Sequence record: PQ356295.1
Reading direction: 5' to 3' (one strand)
Length of the DNA: 64,000 bases
Origin: Escherichia phage KKE7M
The number at the start of each line of letters is the position of its first letter. Positions within the stretch are counted from its first letter, which is position 1. Below are positions 9,148 to 19,714 of the stretch, in pieces. The notes beneath the pieces are model-generated. The model was given only the letters and a program-made list of their open reading frames with translations, searched no databases and had not been told where the DNA came from. A program made the position numbers and the translations under genes.

Positions 9148-9164
9148 TCAACTTAAAATTATAG

Positions 9165-9223
9165 TTGACTTTTAATTGAGATTCGTGTAGTATAGGCTAA
9201 CGTTAGGAGAGCTATGCTCTCCT
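9165..9223 (+). promoter_or_regulatory. sigma70-like promoter TTGACT-N17-TAGTAT followed by perfect 8-bp stem AGGAGAGC/GCTCTCCT
   Basis: Read directly upstream of gene starting 9245. Confidence 0.45.
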
Positions 9224-9244
9224 TAAAAGAGAGAAGGAGAATTT

Positions 9245-9655
9245 ATGTCACTAATTAATACAACCATTTGGGCGACCGTAAGTATGTCTACCATTAAGGC
9301 TACACCGATCTGGAAAGAAATGGCTAAAAAGCACGGAGGAAAAATTCCTCACGAATATCATAACACTACATTGCGAGCAGCATTAGTAATGCTTGGTATG
9401 TCTACCGATGGACATTATACAGTAGAACGTGGTGTTAATATTCGTAGTAACAACAATCGACGTGTGGTGTTTGCAAATACTACATTGTATACTTTCCCAG
9501 TTCGACAGGACTATAAATATAAGCGAATCTATCAAGGTGTAGATATTTTGCACTTTGGAGAAGAAGATTTTACAGGTTGGGGTAGCTCTCATATCAAAAT
9601 GGAAGACTTCGGAAATGAACATGATCCATCACGAGATGATGATTCTGAATTCTAA
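9245..9655 (+). CDS. hypothetical protein (136 aa)
   Basis: ORF with GAAGGAG RBS. Confidence 0.5.
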   Translation: MSLINTTIWATVSMSTIKATPIWKEMAKKHGGKIPHEYHNTTLRAALVMLGMSTDGHYTVERGVNIRSNNNRRVVFANTTLYTFPVRQDYKYKRIYQGVDILHFGEEDFTGWGSSHIKMEDFGNEHDPSRDDDSEF

Positions 9656-9916
9656 TTGAGAGGCCAAATGACAGAAAGTAATAAATATGAAGGCTGTGAA
9701 ATTGAAGTCTATTTTGATGAAACATTAGGTTGCAATGTAACAGTTATCCTTGATACATCTAAAAGATTATCCCCAAAAAGACAAGAAGCAGACCGCAAAG
9801 CAAAGGCAAAAGGTTTTGAAGGTATAGATCATTTTGAAGGTTTTCTATACGCAAATGGCTTATATAATGAGATGCGTGGCGGTTATGATGTAGATGTTCT
9901 AAACATGCACAATTAA
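9656..9916 (+). CDS. hypothetical protein (86 aa)
   Basis: ORF abutting upstream stop. Confidence 0.45.
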   Translation: MRGQMTESNKYEGCEIEVYFDETLGCNVTVILDTSKRLSPKRQEADRKAKAKGFEGIDHFEGFLYANGLYNEMRGGYDVDVLNMHN

Positions 9917-9927
9917 TAGGAGAGGAA

Positions 9928-12189
9928 GTGACTCAGTATCTAAGCAAATCTATCCGTTATGTAACAAAAACAAACGGCAAGAAAGAAGAATTTAATCCAG
10001 AAAAACTTCGTAAATGGTCAGAGTTTGCTGCTGGTAAATTAAATTGGTCTGAAATTGAACTCGAAGCTGTTAAACGTTGTTACGACGGTGTGCCTACTCG
10101 TGATTTACATAAAGCTATGATAGCAGCATGTATTGATAAGAAAGATCAGGCATATAGTGATATGGCAGGTCGGTTACTTCTTGGTATGATTTATAAACAG
10201 GCTCATGGGGGATATCATAATATCCCCTCCCTCCTGGATTTCTACAATATGTCTGTAAGTAAAGGCTATTGGGGAAAAATGGATTATACAGAAGAAGAAA
10301 TTATTGAGATTGGTAAAATTGTCGATCACGATAAAAACCTAACTTATGGTTATTCCGTACTGCGCCAGATGGTTGATAAGTATCTTGTGAAAGATGCGAT
10401 CAATGATGTTGTTTTTGAATCACCACAGTTTTTATTCATTGGTGTAGCAATGAAGGTAATGGAAATTCAACCAAAAGATCGCAGAGTAGAAGACATTAAA
10501 CGTCTATATACCTACGTAAGTGATCTCAAGATTAATTTACCATCGCCTTATTTAACAACTTTGCGTACTAAGATTAAAGGTAGTGCTTCTTGTTGTCTGT
10601 TTAGAGCAGATGATACAGCAGAATCTTTAGCAATTGCTAACTATCTTGCGCATGAATATACATTGAATAATGCAGGTATTGGTGTTAACCTCCAAACCCG
10701 TGCTACAGGACAAGGTGTTAAGAACAACCGTATCGTTCACGGTGGTCTTTTACCATACCTGAAATGGATGGAGACAAGTGTTGGAGCATCAAAACAAGCA
10801 AGTCGTGGTGGAAGTGCAACAGTAACGTTTACAATATTAGAACCTGATTTTGAAGATCTGGTACGTTTGAAAAACCCAACTACTGTTAGTGAAAAACGAG
10901 TAGATAAACTTGATTACTCTATCGTAGTAAACAATGCTTTCCTGCGTCGTGCAGCAAAAGGTAAAGATTGGATGCTAGTCAGTTATGACGAAGCACCAGA
11001 ACTCTATGAGGCGCTTTATAAAAGCGAGGAAGAGTTTGAAGAAGTATATGAAAAAGTTAGTCGCAAACGAATTAAGAAGAAGTTTGTAAAAGCACGAGAT
11101 CTTCTGGCAGAAATTATTACACAAAGAGCAGAGACAGGACGTATTTATATGTTCTTTGCGGATAATGCTAATAAGCATACTCCGTTTAAGGATGTTATTT
11201 ACCAGTCAAACTTGTGCCAAGAAATTTTCTTACCTACGAAAGCATTTCACAATATGACTGATCTTTTCACAGGTGAGAATACAGAAGATCAAGAATTGGC
11301 ATTATGCTTCCTGTCTTCTATTGTAGCTGGTCGTGTTACACCAGAAGAATATGAAGATGTTGCATATTATACCGTTCTGACTATTGATAATGTTATTGAA
11401 ACAATGCAGTATCCGTTTAAACATAACGAAATCACTGCTAAAGCACGTAGGTCTATCGGTGTAGGTATTACAAACCTTGCACATTATCTGGCAAGTAATT
11501 TTGTTACTTATTCAGATCCTTACGGCAAAAAACTAATTCATGAATTAGCAGAAAGACATTATTATTGGTTAGCAAGAGCTTCTCTTCGTTTGGCAAAAGA
11601 GAAAGGTAATGCAGAATGGATGCATAAAACCAAATGGCCTGGAGGATGGTTGCCTATTGACACCTACGCTAAAGCTGTAGACGATATTGGCAATTTTAAA
11701 CTTAAAATGGATTGGGAAGGTTTACGACAAGATATCATTGCACAGGGCGGTATCCGAAATAGTGTATTAGCAGCTATTGCTCCAAATGAGTCCAGTAGTC
11801 TTGTAAGTAATACGACTAACTCTGTGTATCCTGTACGTGATACTATAGTTTATAAACAAAGCCAAAAGGGTAATGTTCTGTTTATTGTGCCAGACTACGA
11901 TAAACTAAAAGATATTTACCAATCGGCTTGGGATACACCAGATAAAGATATGGCTGAAGCATATGGACTGTTGACTAAATTCTTAGATCAAGGTGCATCA
12001 TGTGATAAGTGGATTGACTATTCTAAGATGGAAGGTGGTCGTTTATCCATTAAATCAGAAATGCAATATATTCTTCAGTTTGCAAAACTTGGTGGTAAAT
12101 CTTTGTACTATCTAAATAGCAGAACAAAATCGGCAACCTCACTCGCTCAAGAGGATGAAGAATCCGGTTGTGAGGCTTGTAAGATGTAA
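9928..12189 (+). CDS. nrdA: ribonucleotide reductase class Ia large subunit
   Basis: 753 aa; GTG start after AGGAGAGG; NLCQEI active-site motif, C-terminal CEACKM tail. Confidence 0.9.
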   Translation: MTQYLSKSIRYVTKTNGKKEEFNPEKLRKWSEFAAGKLNWSEIELEAVKRCYDGVPTRDLHKAMIAACIDKKDQAYSDMAGRLLLGMIYKQAHGGYHNIPSLLDFYNMSVSKGYWGKMDYTEEEIIEIGKIVDHDKNLTYGYSVLRQMVDKYLVKDAINDVVFESPQFLFIGVAMKVMEIQPKDRRVEDIKRLYTYVSDLKINLPSPYLTTLRTKIKGSASCCLFRADDTAESLAIANYLAHEYTLNNAGIGVNLQTRATGQGVKNNRIVHGGLLPYLKWMETSVGASKQASRGGSATVTFTILEPDFEDLVRLKNPTTVSEKRVDKLDYSIVVNNAFLRRAAKGKDWMLVSYDEAPELYEALYKSEEEFEEVYEKVSRKRIKKKFVKARDLLAEIITQRAETGRIYMFFADNANKHTPFKDVIYQSNLCQEIFLPTKAFHNMTDLFTGENTEDQELALCFLSSIVAGRVTPEEYEDVAYYTVLTIDNVIETMQYPFKHNEITAKARRSIGVGITNLAHYLASNFVTYSDPYGKKLIHELAERHYYWLARASLRLAKEKGNAEWMHKTKWPGGWLPIDTYAKAVDDIGNFKLKMDWEGLRQDIIAQGGIRNSVLAAIAPNESSSLVSNTTNSVYPVRDTIVYKQSQKGNVLFIVPDYDKLKDIYQSAWDTPDKDMAEAYGLLTKFLDQGASCDKWIDYSKMEGGRLSIKSEMQYILQFAKLGGKSLYYLNSRTKSATSLAQEDEESGCEACKM

Positions 12190-12196
12190 TGAAACT

Positions 12197-12219
12197 AGGG
12201 GGCTTTGTCCCCCTTTCTT
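12197..12219 (+). terminator. stem-loop AGGGGGC-TTTG-TCCCCCT plus TTTCTT
   Basis: Read directly after nrdA. Confidence 0.5.
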
Positions 12220-12229
12220 AAGGAGGAAT

Positions 12230-12565
12230 ATGCCTACATTAGTTGTATTACCTGGGGCAACACCACAAAGACGCTGGGGAAATTATACACTGGTAGATAG
12301 TAAAGATTTTACATTCGATTGGTGTTGTCATTATATTGCAGGTTTTCAATTTTCCAGTGTTGAAATATGGGCTTCCAATGATCCCATAGCTACCTGGTAT
12401 GCTTTAACCAGAGCAAGGTATGAGGGAGAGGTTACTATATTACTCACAAAGAGTGTATGGGACGCATTAGAGAAGGCTTACCTAGAGGATGGTATGGAGA
12501 GAGAACACATTGATACAATAAAAGCAATGTGTGATATTGTGGAGGATTTAAATGGCAGCAATTAA
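12230..12565 (+). CDS. hypothetical protein between nrdA and nrdB (111 aa)
   Basis: ATG 12230 after AGGAGG. Confidence 0.45.
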   Translation: MPTLVVLPGATPQRRWGNYTLVDSKDFTFDWCCHYIAGFQFSSVEIWASNDPIATWYALTRARYEGEVTILLTKSVWDALEKAYLEDGMEREHIDTIKAMCDIVEDLNGSN

Positions 12566-13637
12566 CTTATACAACGACACTTACAAAGAAGGTTTCTACC
12601 CTGTATTTTTGGGAGAACAGTTAGGTATTTTTGATTCTATTAATGTAACATACCCAGAAATGCATCGTCTGTACAAACTACAAAAACAGCAAGATTGGGA
12701 TGAAAACGAAGTAAACTTAGATCAGACACGAAAAGATTTCGTAGCTTGTTCTAAAAGCAACTATGATGTTATGATCAAAAACCTATCCTTCCAATGGGAA
12801 AATGATTCACTTGCTAAATCAATCATCACTTTGTTTGCACCATTTTTAAGCAACAATGAAGCATGTGCAATGATGATGAAGCAATCAGAAATGGAAGTTT
12901 TACACGCTTTGACATATTCTGAAATTATTCGTCAGTGTATCCCTAATCCAAATGAAGTTATCGATCAGATTATGGAGAACGAAAGAATCTTCCAGAGGAT
13001 GGGTATAGTTGAAGAGATAATGAGTGATCTGGCAGAGGCAGGACATAAATATGCTCTAGGTCTGATTGAGAAGGATGATAACCTTCGTCTACTGATTCTG
13101 AAAGGAATGATTGCACTTATCGGTCTGGAAGGCATTCAATTCATATCATCTTTTGCTGCAACATTTGCCTTAGCAGAGCAGCAACTGTTTGTAGGTGCAG
13201 CTAAACTCATTCAAAAAATTATGTTGGATGAACTATTGCACGTTAAAATGGATTATGCTATTATTGATGCACTGCTGAAAGATCCTGTCTGGAGAAAAGT
13301 ATACGAAGATAATATCGACGTTCTGACAGAAATTCTTGACACGGTAGTTGGACAAGAGGAAGATTGGTGTGACTATCTGTTTAGTGAAGGAAGGATTATC
13401 GTTGGTGGTAACGCAGAGTTGTTCAAACTTTGGGTTTACTTCAATGCTGCGCCTATCTATCGCAGACTGAAAATGAAACACAAATTCCGTGCACCGAAGA
13501 AAAGTCCACTACCTTGGATGGATGTTTGGTTAAATCCAGACCAAATTCAAGCAGCAGCACAAGAGATCCAAATTACAGCTTACAAACTGAATTCAGCAAA
13601 TAAAGATGTAAGTGATGACGAGGAGTTAGACTTCTAA
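12552..13637 (+). CDS. nrdB: ribonucleotide reductase small subunit
   Basis: 361 aa; EMEVLHALTYSE and LEGIQFISSFA diiron-site motifs. Confidence 0.85.
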   Translation: MAAINLYNDTYKEGFYPVFLGEQLGIFDSINVTYPEMHRLYKLQKQQDWDENEVNLDQTRKDFVACSKSNYDVMIKNLSFQWENDSLAKSIITLFAPFLSNNEACAMMMKQSEMEVLHALTYSEIIRQCIPNPNEVIDQIMENERIFQRMGIVEEIMSDLAEAGHKYALGLIEKDDNLRLLILKGMIALIGLEGIQFISSFAATFALAEQQLFVGAAKLIQKIMLDELLHVKMDYAIIDALLKDPVWRKVYEDNIDVLTEILDTVVGQEEDWCDYLFSEGRIIVGGNAELFKLWVYFNAAPIYRRLKMKHKFRAPKKSPLPWMDVWLNPDQIQAAAQEIQITAYKLNSANKDVSDDEELDF

Positions 13638-13855
13638 TGAAACTACTTTGTGTTGGATTAATTTCTGACTTCAAAGACGTTTTCGAAAAGGGAGCCTCTT
13701 ATGAGGCTTCCGAATTACAGAATGGTTTCTGTGATGTTTACGGCAAACGTTTAAAAAAGAATGGTGATCATTGGCTAGGAGTTATGTCTTGCGGTCATAT
13801 TATAGTTAATGGTGTAGCCAAGTTTGAAATTATCAAAGGAGAAAAAGATGATTGA
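13637..13855 (+). CDS. hypothetical protein (72 aa)
   Basis: ORF overlapping nrdB stop. Confidence 0.4.
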   Translation: MKLLCVGLISDFKDVFEKGASYEASELQNGFCDVYGKRLKKNGDHWLGVMSCGHIIVNGVAKFEIIKGEKDD

Positions 13856-14030
13856 TTTTGTTGATGTAGATATTAATTCTGACTTAACAGAAGATGAAGG
13901 TGGTGCTTTTGTGTGTTCAGATGGAGAGAAATGTTTTACTCTGATGGTAGAAACTTATGATGGTATCACAGAAATTCTGTTAACAGAGAATGAGTTAAAA
14001 CAGATGTTAGAAAAGATTGAGGAGCTTTAA
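13848..14030 (+). CDS. hypothetical acidic protein (60 aa)
   Basis: ATG 13848 after AAAGGAG. Confidence 0.4.
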   Translation: MIDFVDVDINSDLTEDEGGAFVCSDGEKCFTLMVETYDGITEILLTENELKQMLEKIEEL

Positions 14031-14032
14031 TA

Positions 14033-14179
14033 ATGGACGATGTAAGTATTTGTCCTATCTGCGGCGGCACTGGGAATTTTATTGTTAGTATGGAACAATT
14101 TATTCCTTGTTGGAATTGTAACGGCTTAGGTTTCGTTCATACAGAAGAAAAAGAAGAGGAGGAAGATAGTGGGAGTTGA
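14033..14179 (+). CDS. small zinc-ribbon protein (48 aa)
   Basis: CPICGG...CWNCNG double CxxC; below ORF-track cutoff. Confidence 0.4.
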   Translation: MDDVSICPICGGTGNFIVSMEQFIPCWNCNGLGFVHTEEKEEEEDSGS

Positions 14180-14495
14180 TATTGCATGGCGTATGTTACA
14201 GGGTGCACCTTTTAATAAATGGGAAGAGGCTGTAGGAGAAGATCCTAAAATTGAAGAAGAATTTGGTGGAGATTTGAACTGGTTCTTACAAGAAGGTCTT
14301 GATTTAAGTCGTATCTCTCCTTTCTATGATGCTGATGAATCTTATTGCATATATGGCATTTATTTAGAAGGTGGCGAAGGAAGTATAGCTGTAGATCTTG
14401 AGCAACTAAATAAGAATGCAAAAGAAGCCTATGCACAACTTCTTGAAAAATATAACATTGAAACGGAAACTATTATTTCTCAACACGTTTGGTAA
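14169..14495 (+). CDS. hypothetical protein (108 aa)
   Basis: GTG start after GAGGAGG. Confidence 0.45.
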   Translation: MGVDIAWRMLQGAPFNKWEEAVGEDPKIEEEFGGDLNWFLQEGLDLSRISPFYDADESYCIYGIYLEGGEGSIAVDLEQLNKNAKEAYAQLLEKYNIETETIISQHVW

Positions 14496-14508
14496 GGAGG
14501 ATAGTAGA

Positions 14509-14706
14509 ATGATGCTAGATCAACTGATCAATGCTCCTCGCGTAACAGTAAGTCCAAAAACATTTGCATCACTTTTAGAAGATGCTAGAGAGGTTTATAA
14601 CTTTACTGAAGAAGAGCTTCCTGTTCCTGTTAAAAAAGGTTCCAGATGGTTATTTTATGAAGGTATTGTTTTTACTGAAGGGAATAATTGGAAGGAGACT
14701 AAATGA
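14509..14706 (+). CDS. hypothetical protein (65 aa)
   Basis: ATG 14509 after AAGGAGG. Confidence 0.4.
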   Translation: MMLDQLINAPRVTVSPKTFASLLEDAREVYNFTEEELPVPVKKGSRWLFYEGIVFTEGNNWKETK

Positions 14707-15692
14707 AATACTTAGTAACAGGTGGTTTAGGCTTTATTGGAAGTGCGGTAGTTCGTTTCCTGGCTAAAAACACTAAGAATGATATTTACGTTATAGATAA
14801 ATGGGGTTACGCTTCAGACCCTAGAAATTTATCAGAAACACCTAATGTAAAGTTTTGTCGTGTTGACTTGACAAATGCTCAGTTAACTGCTAAGATTGTG
14901 GCAGATGTTAATCCAGATTATATAATGCATCTTGCAGCAGAAAGTCACGTAGATAATTCAATAGCATCACCGAGTGTTTTTATAAATTCAAATATTGTTG
15001 GAACATTTAATCTTCTAGAAGCTGTTCGTTTAATGGGAGATAAATCAAATCTTAAAATGTTTCATCATATTTCAACAGATGAAGTGTATGGTGATATGGA
15101 AGAAGGGGATTATCCGTTTACAGAACAGAATCCTTATAAGCCAAGTAGTCCATATGCTGCATCTAAGGCAGCAAGCGATCATTTGGTAAGAGCGTGGCAT
15201 CGTACTTATGGTATTCCAACAGTTATAACAAATTGTTCAAATAATTTTGGAGCGTATCATCATCCAGAAAAACTAATACCTAAAACGATAACAAATATCT
15301 TGATGCATAAACCAATCCCTGTTTATGGCAATGGTCTTCAAGTAAGAGATTGGTTATACGTTGACGATCACGCAGAAGCATTACACCTAGTAGTAACTAA
15401 AGGCAAATCTGGAGAAACATATAATATTGGGAGCAGAAACCCTAGAACTAATATTGATGTAATCTATATGATTTGTGATTATATGGATGCGGTGTATCCA
15501 TCTGAAACAGATGCTTGTAGCCTCATTGAGATGGTTACAGATAGACCTGGACATGATTTAAGATACGAAGTGAATCCTTATAAGATTGAAAAGGAATTAG
15601 GGTGGAAAGCTAAAGGCACATTTGAAGAAAAACTTTATTCAACCATTGATTGGTATGTAGATAACAAAGAGTGGTGGGAAAATAAAGTTTAA
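14703..15692 (+). CDS. rmlB: dTDP-glucose 4,6-dehydratase
   Basis: TGGLGFIGS Rossmann motif, YAASKAASD catalytic Yxxx[10 protein letters not shown]. Confidence 0.9.
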   Translation: MKYLVTGGLGFIGSAVVRFLAKNTKNDIYVIDKWGYASDPRNLSETPNVKFCRVDLTNAQLTAKIVADVNPDYIMHLAAESHVDNSIASPSVFINSNIVGTFNLLEAVRLMGDKSNLKMFHHISTDEVYGDMEEGDYPFTEQNPYKPSSPYAASKAASDHLVRAWHRTYGIPTVITNCSNNFGAYHHPEKLIPKTITNILMHKPIPVYGNGLQVRDWLYVDDHAEALHLVVTKGKSGETYNIGSRNPRTNIDVIYMICDYMDAVYPSETDACSLIEMVTDRPGHDLRYEVNPYKIEKELGWKAKGTFEEKLYSTIDWYVDNKEWWENKV

Positions 15693-15700
15693 GGAGGAGT

Positions 15701-16570
15701 ATGAAAGGTATTATCTTAGCAGGTGGTAGTGGAACAAGACTTTACCCAGTTACTAAAGGGGTTAGTAAACAACTATTACCAATTTATGATAAGCCTATGA
15801 TTTATTATCCACTCTCTGTCCTAATGCTTTCTGGAATTAGGGAAATACTAATAATTACAACACCAGAAGATCAAATTAATTTTGTAAATCTTTTAGGTGA
15901 TGGTTCTTCTTTTGGTATTTCCCTACAGTATGCAATACAGGATAGCCCAAGAGGTTTAGCAGAAGCGTTTATTATTGGTGAGAACTTTATTGGTGAAGAT
16001 TCTGTAGCACTTGTGCTAGGTGATAATTTATTCTTTGGTCAGAGTTTTGGTAGCATTTTAGATTCTGCTAAAGAACATATTGAAAAGAATGGTGGAGCTA
16101 ATATTTTTGGGTATCACGTAAATGATCCTGAAAGATTTGGTGTTGTTGAGTTTGATTCTGAAGGTACAGTGGTGAGTATTGAAGAAAAACCAAAAGCACC
16201 AAAAAGCAACTATGCAGTTACAGGCTTGTACTTTTACGATAATTCTGTTATACAGAAAGCTAAAAGCGTTAAACCTTCTGCTAGAGGGGAGTTAGAGATT
16301 ACAGATATAAATGAGATGTACTGGAAAGAAAAGACTTTACGTGTCTGTAAACTAGGAAGAGGTTTCACTTGGTTGGATACAGGAACACATGAAAGTCTTA
16401 TGGAAGCATCTCAATTTGTTCATGCAATAGAGAAGCAACAAGGTATGAAGGTTGCATGCCTAGAAGAGATTGCTTTTAAAAATGAATGGATTACTTTAGA
16501 TTCTGTAAAAAGTTCTGGAGAGGTTTTAAGTAAAACAGACTACGGTAAGTATTTACTTAAATTAAAATAA
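15701..16570 (+). CDS. rmlA: glucose-1-phosphate thymidylyltransferase
   Basis: [16 protein letters not shown] and [18 protein letters not shown] signature. Confidence 0.9.
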   Translation: MKGIILAGGSGTRLYPVTKGVSKQLLPIYDKPMIYYPLSVLMLSGIREILIITTPEDQINFVNLLGDGSSFGISLQYAIQDSPRGLAEAFIIGENFIGEDSVALVLGDNLFFGQSFGSILDSAKEHIEKNGGANIFGYHVNDPERFGVVEFDSEGTVVSIEEKPKAPKSNYAVTGLYFYDNSVIQKAKSVKPSARGELEITDINEMYWKEKTLRVCKLGRGFTWLDTGTHESLMEASQFVHAIEKQQGMKVACLEEIAFKNEWITLDSVKSSGEVLSKTDYGKYLLKLK

Positions 16571-16581
16571 AGGGGAATTAA

Positions 16582-17136
16582 ATGATTCAAGCAACAAAAA
16601 TCGAAGACTTGTTGATCATTCAACCTGACGTTTATGGAGATGAACGTGGCTTTTTCTTAGAAAGTTTTAATCAGGCTTTATATGATCAATACATAGGTAA
16701 ACAAAACTTTGTCCAAGATAACCATTCACGTTCTATCAGAGGAGTTCTACGTGGGCTTCATTTTCAAAAGAAAAACCCACAAGGGAAGTTAGTACGTTGT
16801 GTTCGTGGTGAAGTTTATGATGTTGCTGTAGATATTAGGGTTGGTAGTCCAACATTTGGAGAATGGGTAGGTGTTCTCTTATCTGAAAAGAATAAAACAC
16901 AATTTTGGATTCCTCCTGGTTTCGCTCATGGCTTTGTTGTGATTAGCGATATTGCTGATTTTGAATACAAATGTACAGAATATTACGATCCGACTTCAGA
17001 GTGTAGTCTTGCGTGGAATGATCCAGATATCAATATAGATTGGGGTTTTGATTTAATCTTTAATGATATTAATTTTAAACCTATCTTGTCACAAAAAGAT
17101 CAGGAAGCCAAAACACTAAAGGAGATCATATTTTGA
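16582..17136 (+). CDS. rmlC: dTDP-4-dehydrorhamnose 3,5-epimerase
   Basis: 184 aa; RGLHFQ and FVQDNHS cupin motifs. Confidence 0.85.
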   Translation: MIQATKIEDLLIIQPDVYGDERGFFLESFNQALYDQYIGKQNFVQDNHSRSIRGVLRGLHFQKKNPQGKLVRCVRGEVYDVAVDIRVGSPTFGEWVGVLLSEKNKTQFWIPPGFAHGFVVISDIADFEYKCTEYYDPTSECSLAWNDPDINIDWGFDLIFNDINFKPILSQKDQEAKTLKEIIF

Positions 17137-17963
17137 CAAAATTTTTAGTCTTTGGTTCAAAAGGTCAATTAGGACAGTCTTTGGCAAAAGTTGCGCCAGA
17201 AGATGTTATTTTGATTGAAGCAAGTGATGTAGACATTACCAACTTTAAAGATGTTATGGATAGTCTTGTACAACATATGCCTGATGTTGTTGTGAATTGT
17301 GCGGCTTACACGGCAGTAGATAAAGCGGAAGAAGATGTTAACACCTGTATAAATGTTAATGCATACGGTGCAACAAACATTGCCAAAGCATGTAATGATT
17401 TACTGATACAGTTTGTACATATTTCAACAGATTATGTTTTTGATGGGAATGTTGCTGGCACAGAAGATAGTAAAACAAACCCCTTGAACATCTACGGTTA
17501 CAGTAAACAATTAGGTGAAACTTTAGTACAAACAGTTTGTCCTACAGCACTTATTATCAGAACAGCTTCTGTTTATAGTGAATTTGGACATAACTTTTTG
17601 AAAACTATGTTGGAACGCTACAACGGTGGTCAAAAAGAATTTAATGTAGTGTGTGATCATTTATCATGTCCTACTTATGCACCTGATCTTGCAGAAACAA
17701 TTTTTAAACTTGTAAAAGATGGTGTAAATAGTAAAATTGTACACTATGCAGGTGCAGATTATATTTCTTGGTATGATTTTGCACGAAAGATATTTCTTGT
17801 TATAGATTTATCTGTTACAGTTAATCCTGTATCTGCTTCAACCTATAATTCAAAAGCAGTCAGACCAGCAACATCTTATTTAAAAACAGATCCTACTTTA
17901 AATCCGCGAAGTGTTGATAGCGGTATTGTAAGAACTTTAACTATACTTTTAAACAAGGAGTGA
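17133..17963 (+). CDS. rmlD: dTDP-4-dehydrorhamnose reductase
   Basis: TTG start overlapping rmlC stop; FGSKGQLGQ Rossmann motif; operon context. Confidence 0.85.
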   Translation: MTKFLVFGSKGQLGQSLAKVAPEDVILIEASDVDITNFKDVMDSLVQHMPDVVVNCAAYTAVDKAEEDVNTCINVNAYGATNIAKACNDLLIQFVHISTDYVFDGNVAGTEDSKTNPLNIYGYSKQLGETLVQTVCPTALIIRTASVYSEFGHNFLKTMLERYNGGQKEFNVVCDHLSCPTYAPDLAETIFKLVKDGVNSKIVHYAGADYISWYDFARKIFLVIDLSVTVNPVSASTYNSKAVRPATSYLKTDPTLNPRSVDSGIVRTLTILLNKE

Positions 17964-17965
17964 AA

Positions 17966-18226
17966 ATGAATTTTATTATCTACGGTAAACCAAATTGTCC
18001 TTTCTGCACTAACGCTAAGATTCTACTGGAACAGCGTGAACAGGATTTTAAATACCTTACCTTAGATGAAGACTATTCTTTAGATCAGATTCAGAATCTG
18101 GTTTTAGAGAAAACAGGTGTTCTACCACGCACATTTCCTCAGATTTTTGTGGAAGATGGTGAACAGCTAACCCACGTAGGAGGTTTTTCTGAACTACGTG
18201 AATTCATGGCTCAGATTGCGGAGTAA
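17966..18226 (+). CDS. glutaredoxin/thioredoxin-fold protein (NrdC/NrdH-like)
   Basis: CPFC active site in IYGKPNCPFCTNAK; ~87 aa. Confidence 0.8.
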   Translation: MNFIIYGKPNCPFCTNAKILLEQREQDFKYLTLDEDYSLDQIQNLVLEKTGVLPRTFPQIFVEDGEQLTHVGGFSELREFMAQIAE

Positions 18227-18230
18227 CAAT

Positions 18231-18374
18231 ATGAAAGGTAAACAGAAACGTAAGATCTTTTCTCGTGCTTTGGCAACAGAGCTTAAGTCCCAAACTAAAA
18301 AGACGAAGCCTAAACGTGAAATGTCTCCTGAACACCTACTGTTTCAAGAGCTAGATCATGGGGAGGGCGACTAA
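18231..18374 (+). CDS. small basic protein (47 aa)
   Basis: ATG 18231; Lys/Arg-rich; short. Confidence 0.3.
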   Translation: MKGKQKRKIFSRALATELKSQTKKTKPKREMSPEHLLFQELDHGEGD

Positions 18375-18386
18375 TATAAGGAAAAC

Positions 18387-18887
18387 ATGGCTAAAGTAGT
18401 TGATGTGTTTGATATGTTACGTTTTGATGAAGGACTAAAGCTAACTGTATACACTGATACCGAAGGGTATTGGACAGTTGGTATTGGACACCTTCTGACA
18501 AAACTCAAAGATAAAGCAGAAGCTATACGCATTCTTGATAACTTAGTAGGTAGAAAAACCAATGGGGTTATTACTGAAGCGGAGGCTAGAAAAATCTTTG
18601 AGGGTGACGTAAAGAAAGCGATACAACAAATCCATTCAAGTACCATATTATCTCCTATTTACGATAAAGTAAGTCCTAATCGTAAAATGGCTATTATCAA
18701 TATGGTATTTCAAATGGGGTTGAAAGGTGCAGAATCTTTCAAAAATAGCTTGACTTTAGTGAGTAATTCATATTATACTCAAGCCTCTATAAATTTACGT
18801 AAAAGTAAATGGTATCGCCAAACGCCTAATCGCGCAGAGCGTGTAATTCAGGTGCTTAAAACTGGAACATTAGACGCTTATAACTAA
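18387..18887 (+). CDS. e: T4-type lysozyme (endolysin)
   Basis: Near-collinear match to T4 lysozyme recalled from memory: MLRFDEGLKLTVYTDTEGYWTVGIGHLLTK ... INMVFQMG ... WYRQTPNRAERVI. Confidence 0.95.
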   Translation: MAKVVDVFDMLRFDEGLKLTVYTDTEGYWTVGIGHLLTKLKDKAEAIRILDNLVGRKTNGVITEAEARKIFEGDVKKAIQQIHSSTILSPIYDKVSPNRKMAIINMVFQMGLKGAESFKNSLTLVSNSYYTQASINLRKSKWYRQTPNRAERVIQVLKTGTLDAYN

Positions 18888-18890
18888 ACA

Positions 18891-18910
18891 AAGGGGCGAA
18901 AGCCCCTTTT
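18891..18910 (+). terminator. rho-independent terminator
   Basis: AAAGGGGC-GAA-AGCCCCTTTT. Confidence 0.6.
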
Positions 18911-18925
18911 ATAAGGAGTGCAAAC

Positions 18926-19678
18926 ATGGGAAATAAAACCGCAAAGGCTCGTCGTCAATCAGCAGCCAATGATGACAAACGTGCCAGTCGTTATGCGGCT
19001 AAAGCAGTAGGAAATGATGATTACCGTCTTGATGAATTTACCCCTATTGGGAATCAAGAAGCTATTGTAAGAAGCATGGTTTGGAATGACTTAACCATTG
19101 TTAATGCCCCAGCAGGAACAGGAAAAACAACAACAGCACTATGGAAAGCATTGCAAATGCTTAAAGCTGGTGACTTCAGAAAGTTGATTTTCCTTAAAAA
19201 CCCGACAGAAGTAGGTGATGATCAAATTGGTTTCTTATCTGGAGATAAGACTGATAAACTAGCAGCACACTATGAATCAACTAAAAGAATTTTCCAACAG
19301 TTTATGACTGCAAATAAATTGGAAAACGATATTGCAAGTGGCAAAATTGAACTTAATATTCCAAACTATGCACTAGGTGCTACGTGGGATAACAGCATTA
19401 TTCTTATTGATGAAGTTCAACTTATGTCACCAAATACAGTAAAACTTCTCCTTGAGCGAGCAGGTCTTAATACACGTATTGTCATTATGGGCGATGTTAA
19501 TCAAACATATGCAATTAAACGAAGAGCTAATGGGTTAGGTGATTTGTTAGATCGTGTTGTTCCTATTAACGAAGAAGGAGAAAGGGAAGCTATTGTAGAT
19601 TTTATTGGTTATGTTGAAATGACAACTGCTGATAACCAACGTTCCCGTTTGTCTCAGTTCATCACGGAAGTATATTAA
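18926..19678 (+). CDS. phoH: PhoH-like ATPase
   Basis: Walker A NAPAGTGKTTTA, Walker B ILIDEVQ. Confidence 0.9.
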   Translation: MGNKTAKARRQSAANDDKRASRYAAKAVGNDDYRLDEFTPIGNQEAIVRSMVWNDLTIVNAPAGTGKTTTALWKALQMLKAGDFRKLIFLKNPTEVGDDQIGFLSGDKTDKLAAHYESTKRIFQQFMTANKLENDIASGKIELNIPNYALGATWDNSIILIDEVQLMSPNTVKLLLERAGLNTRIVIMGDVNQTYAIKRRANGLGDLLDRVVPINEEGEREAIVDFIGYVEMTTADNQRSRLSQFITEVY

Positions 19679-19714
19679 TAATTACAAGGCAAGGATGCCT
19701 ATTATGGAGGTTAA

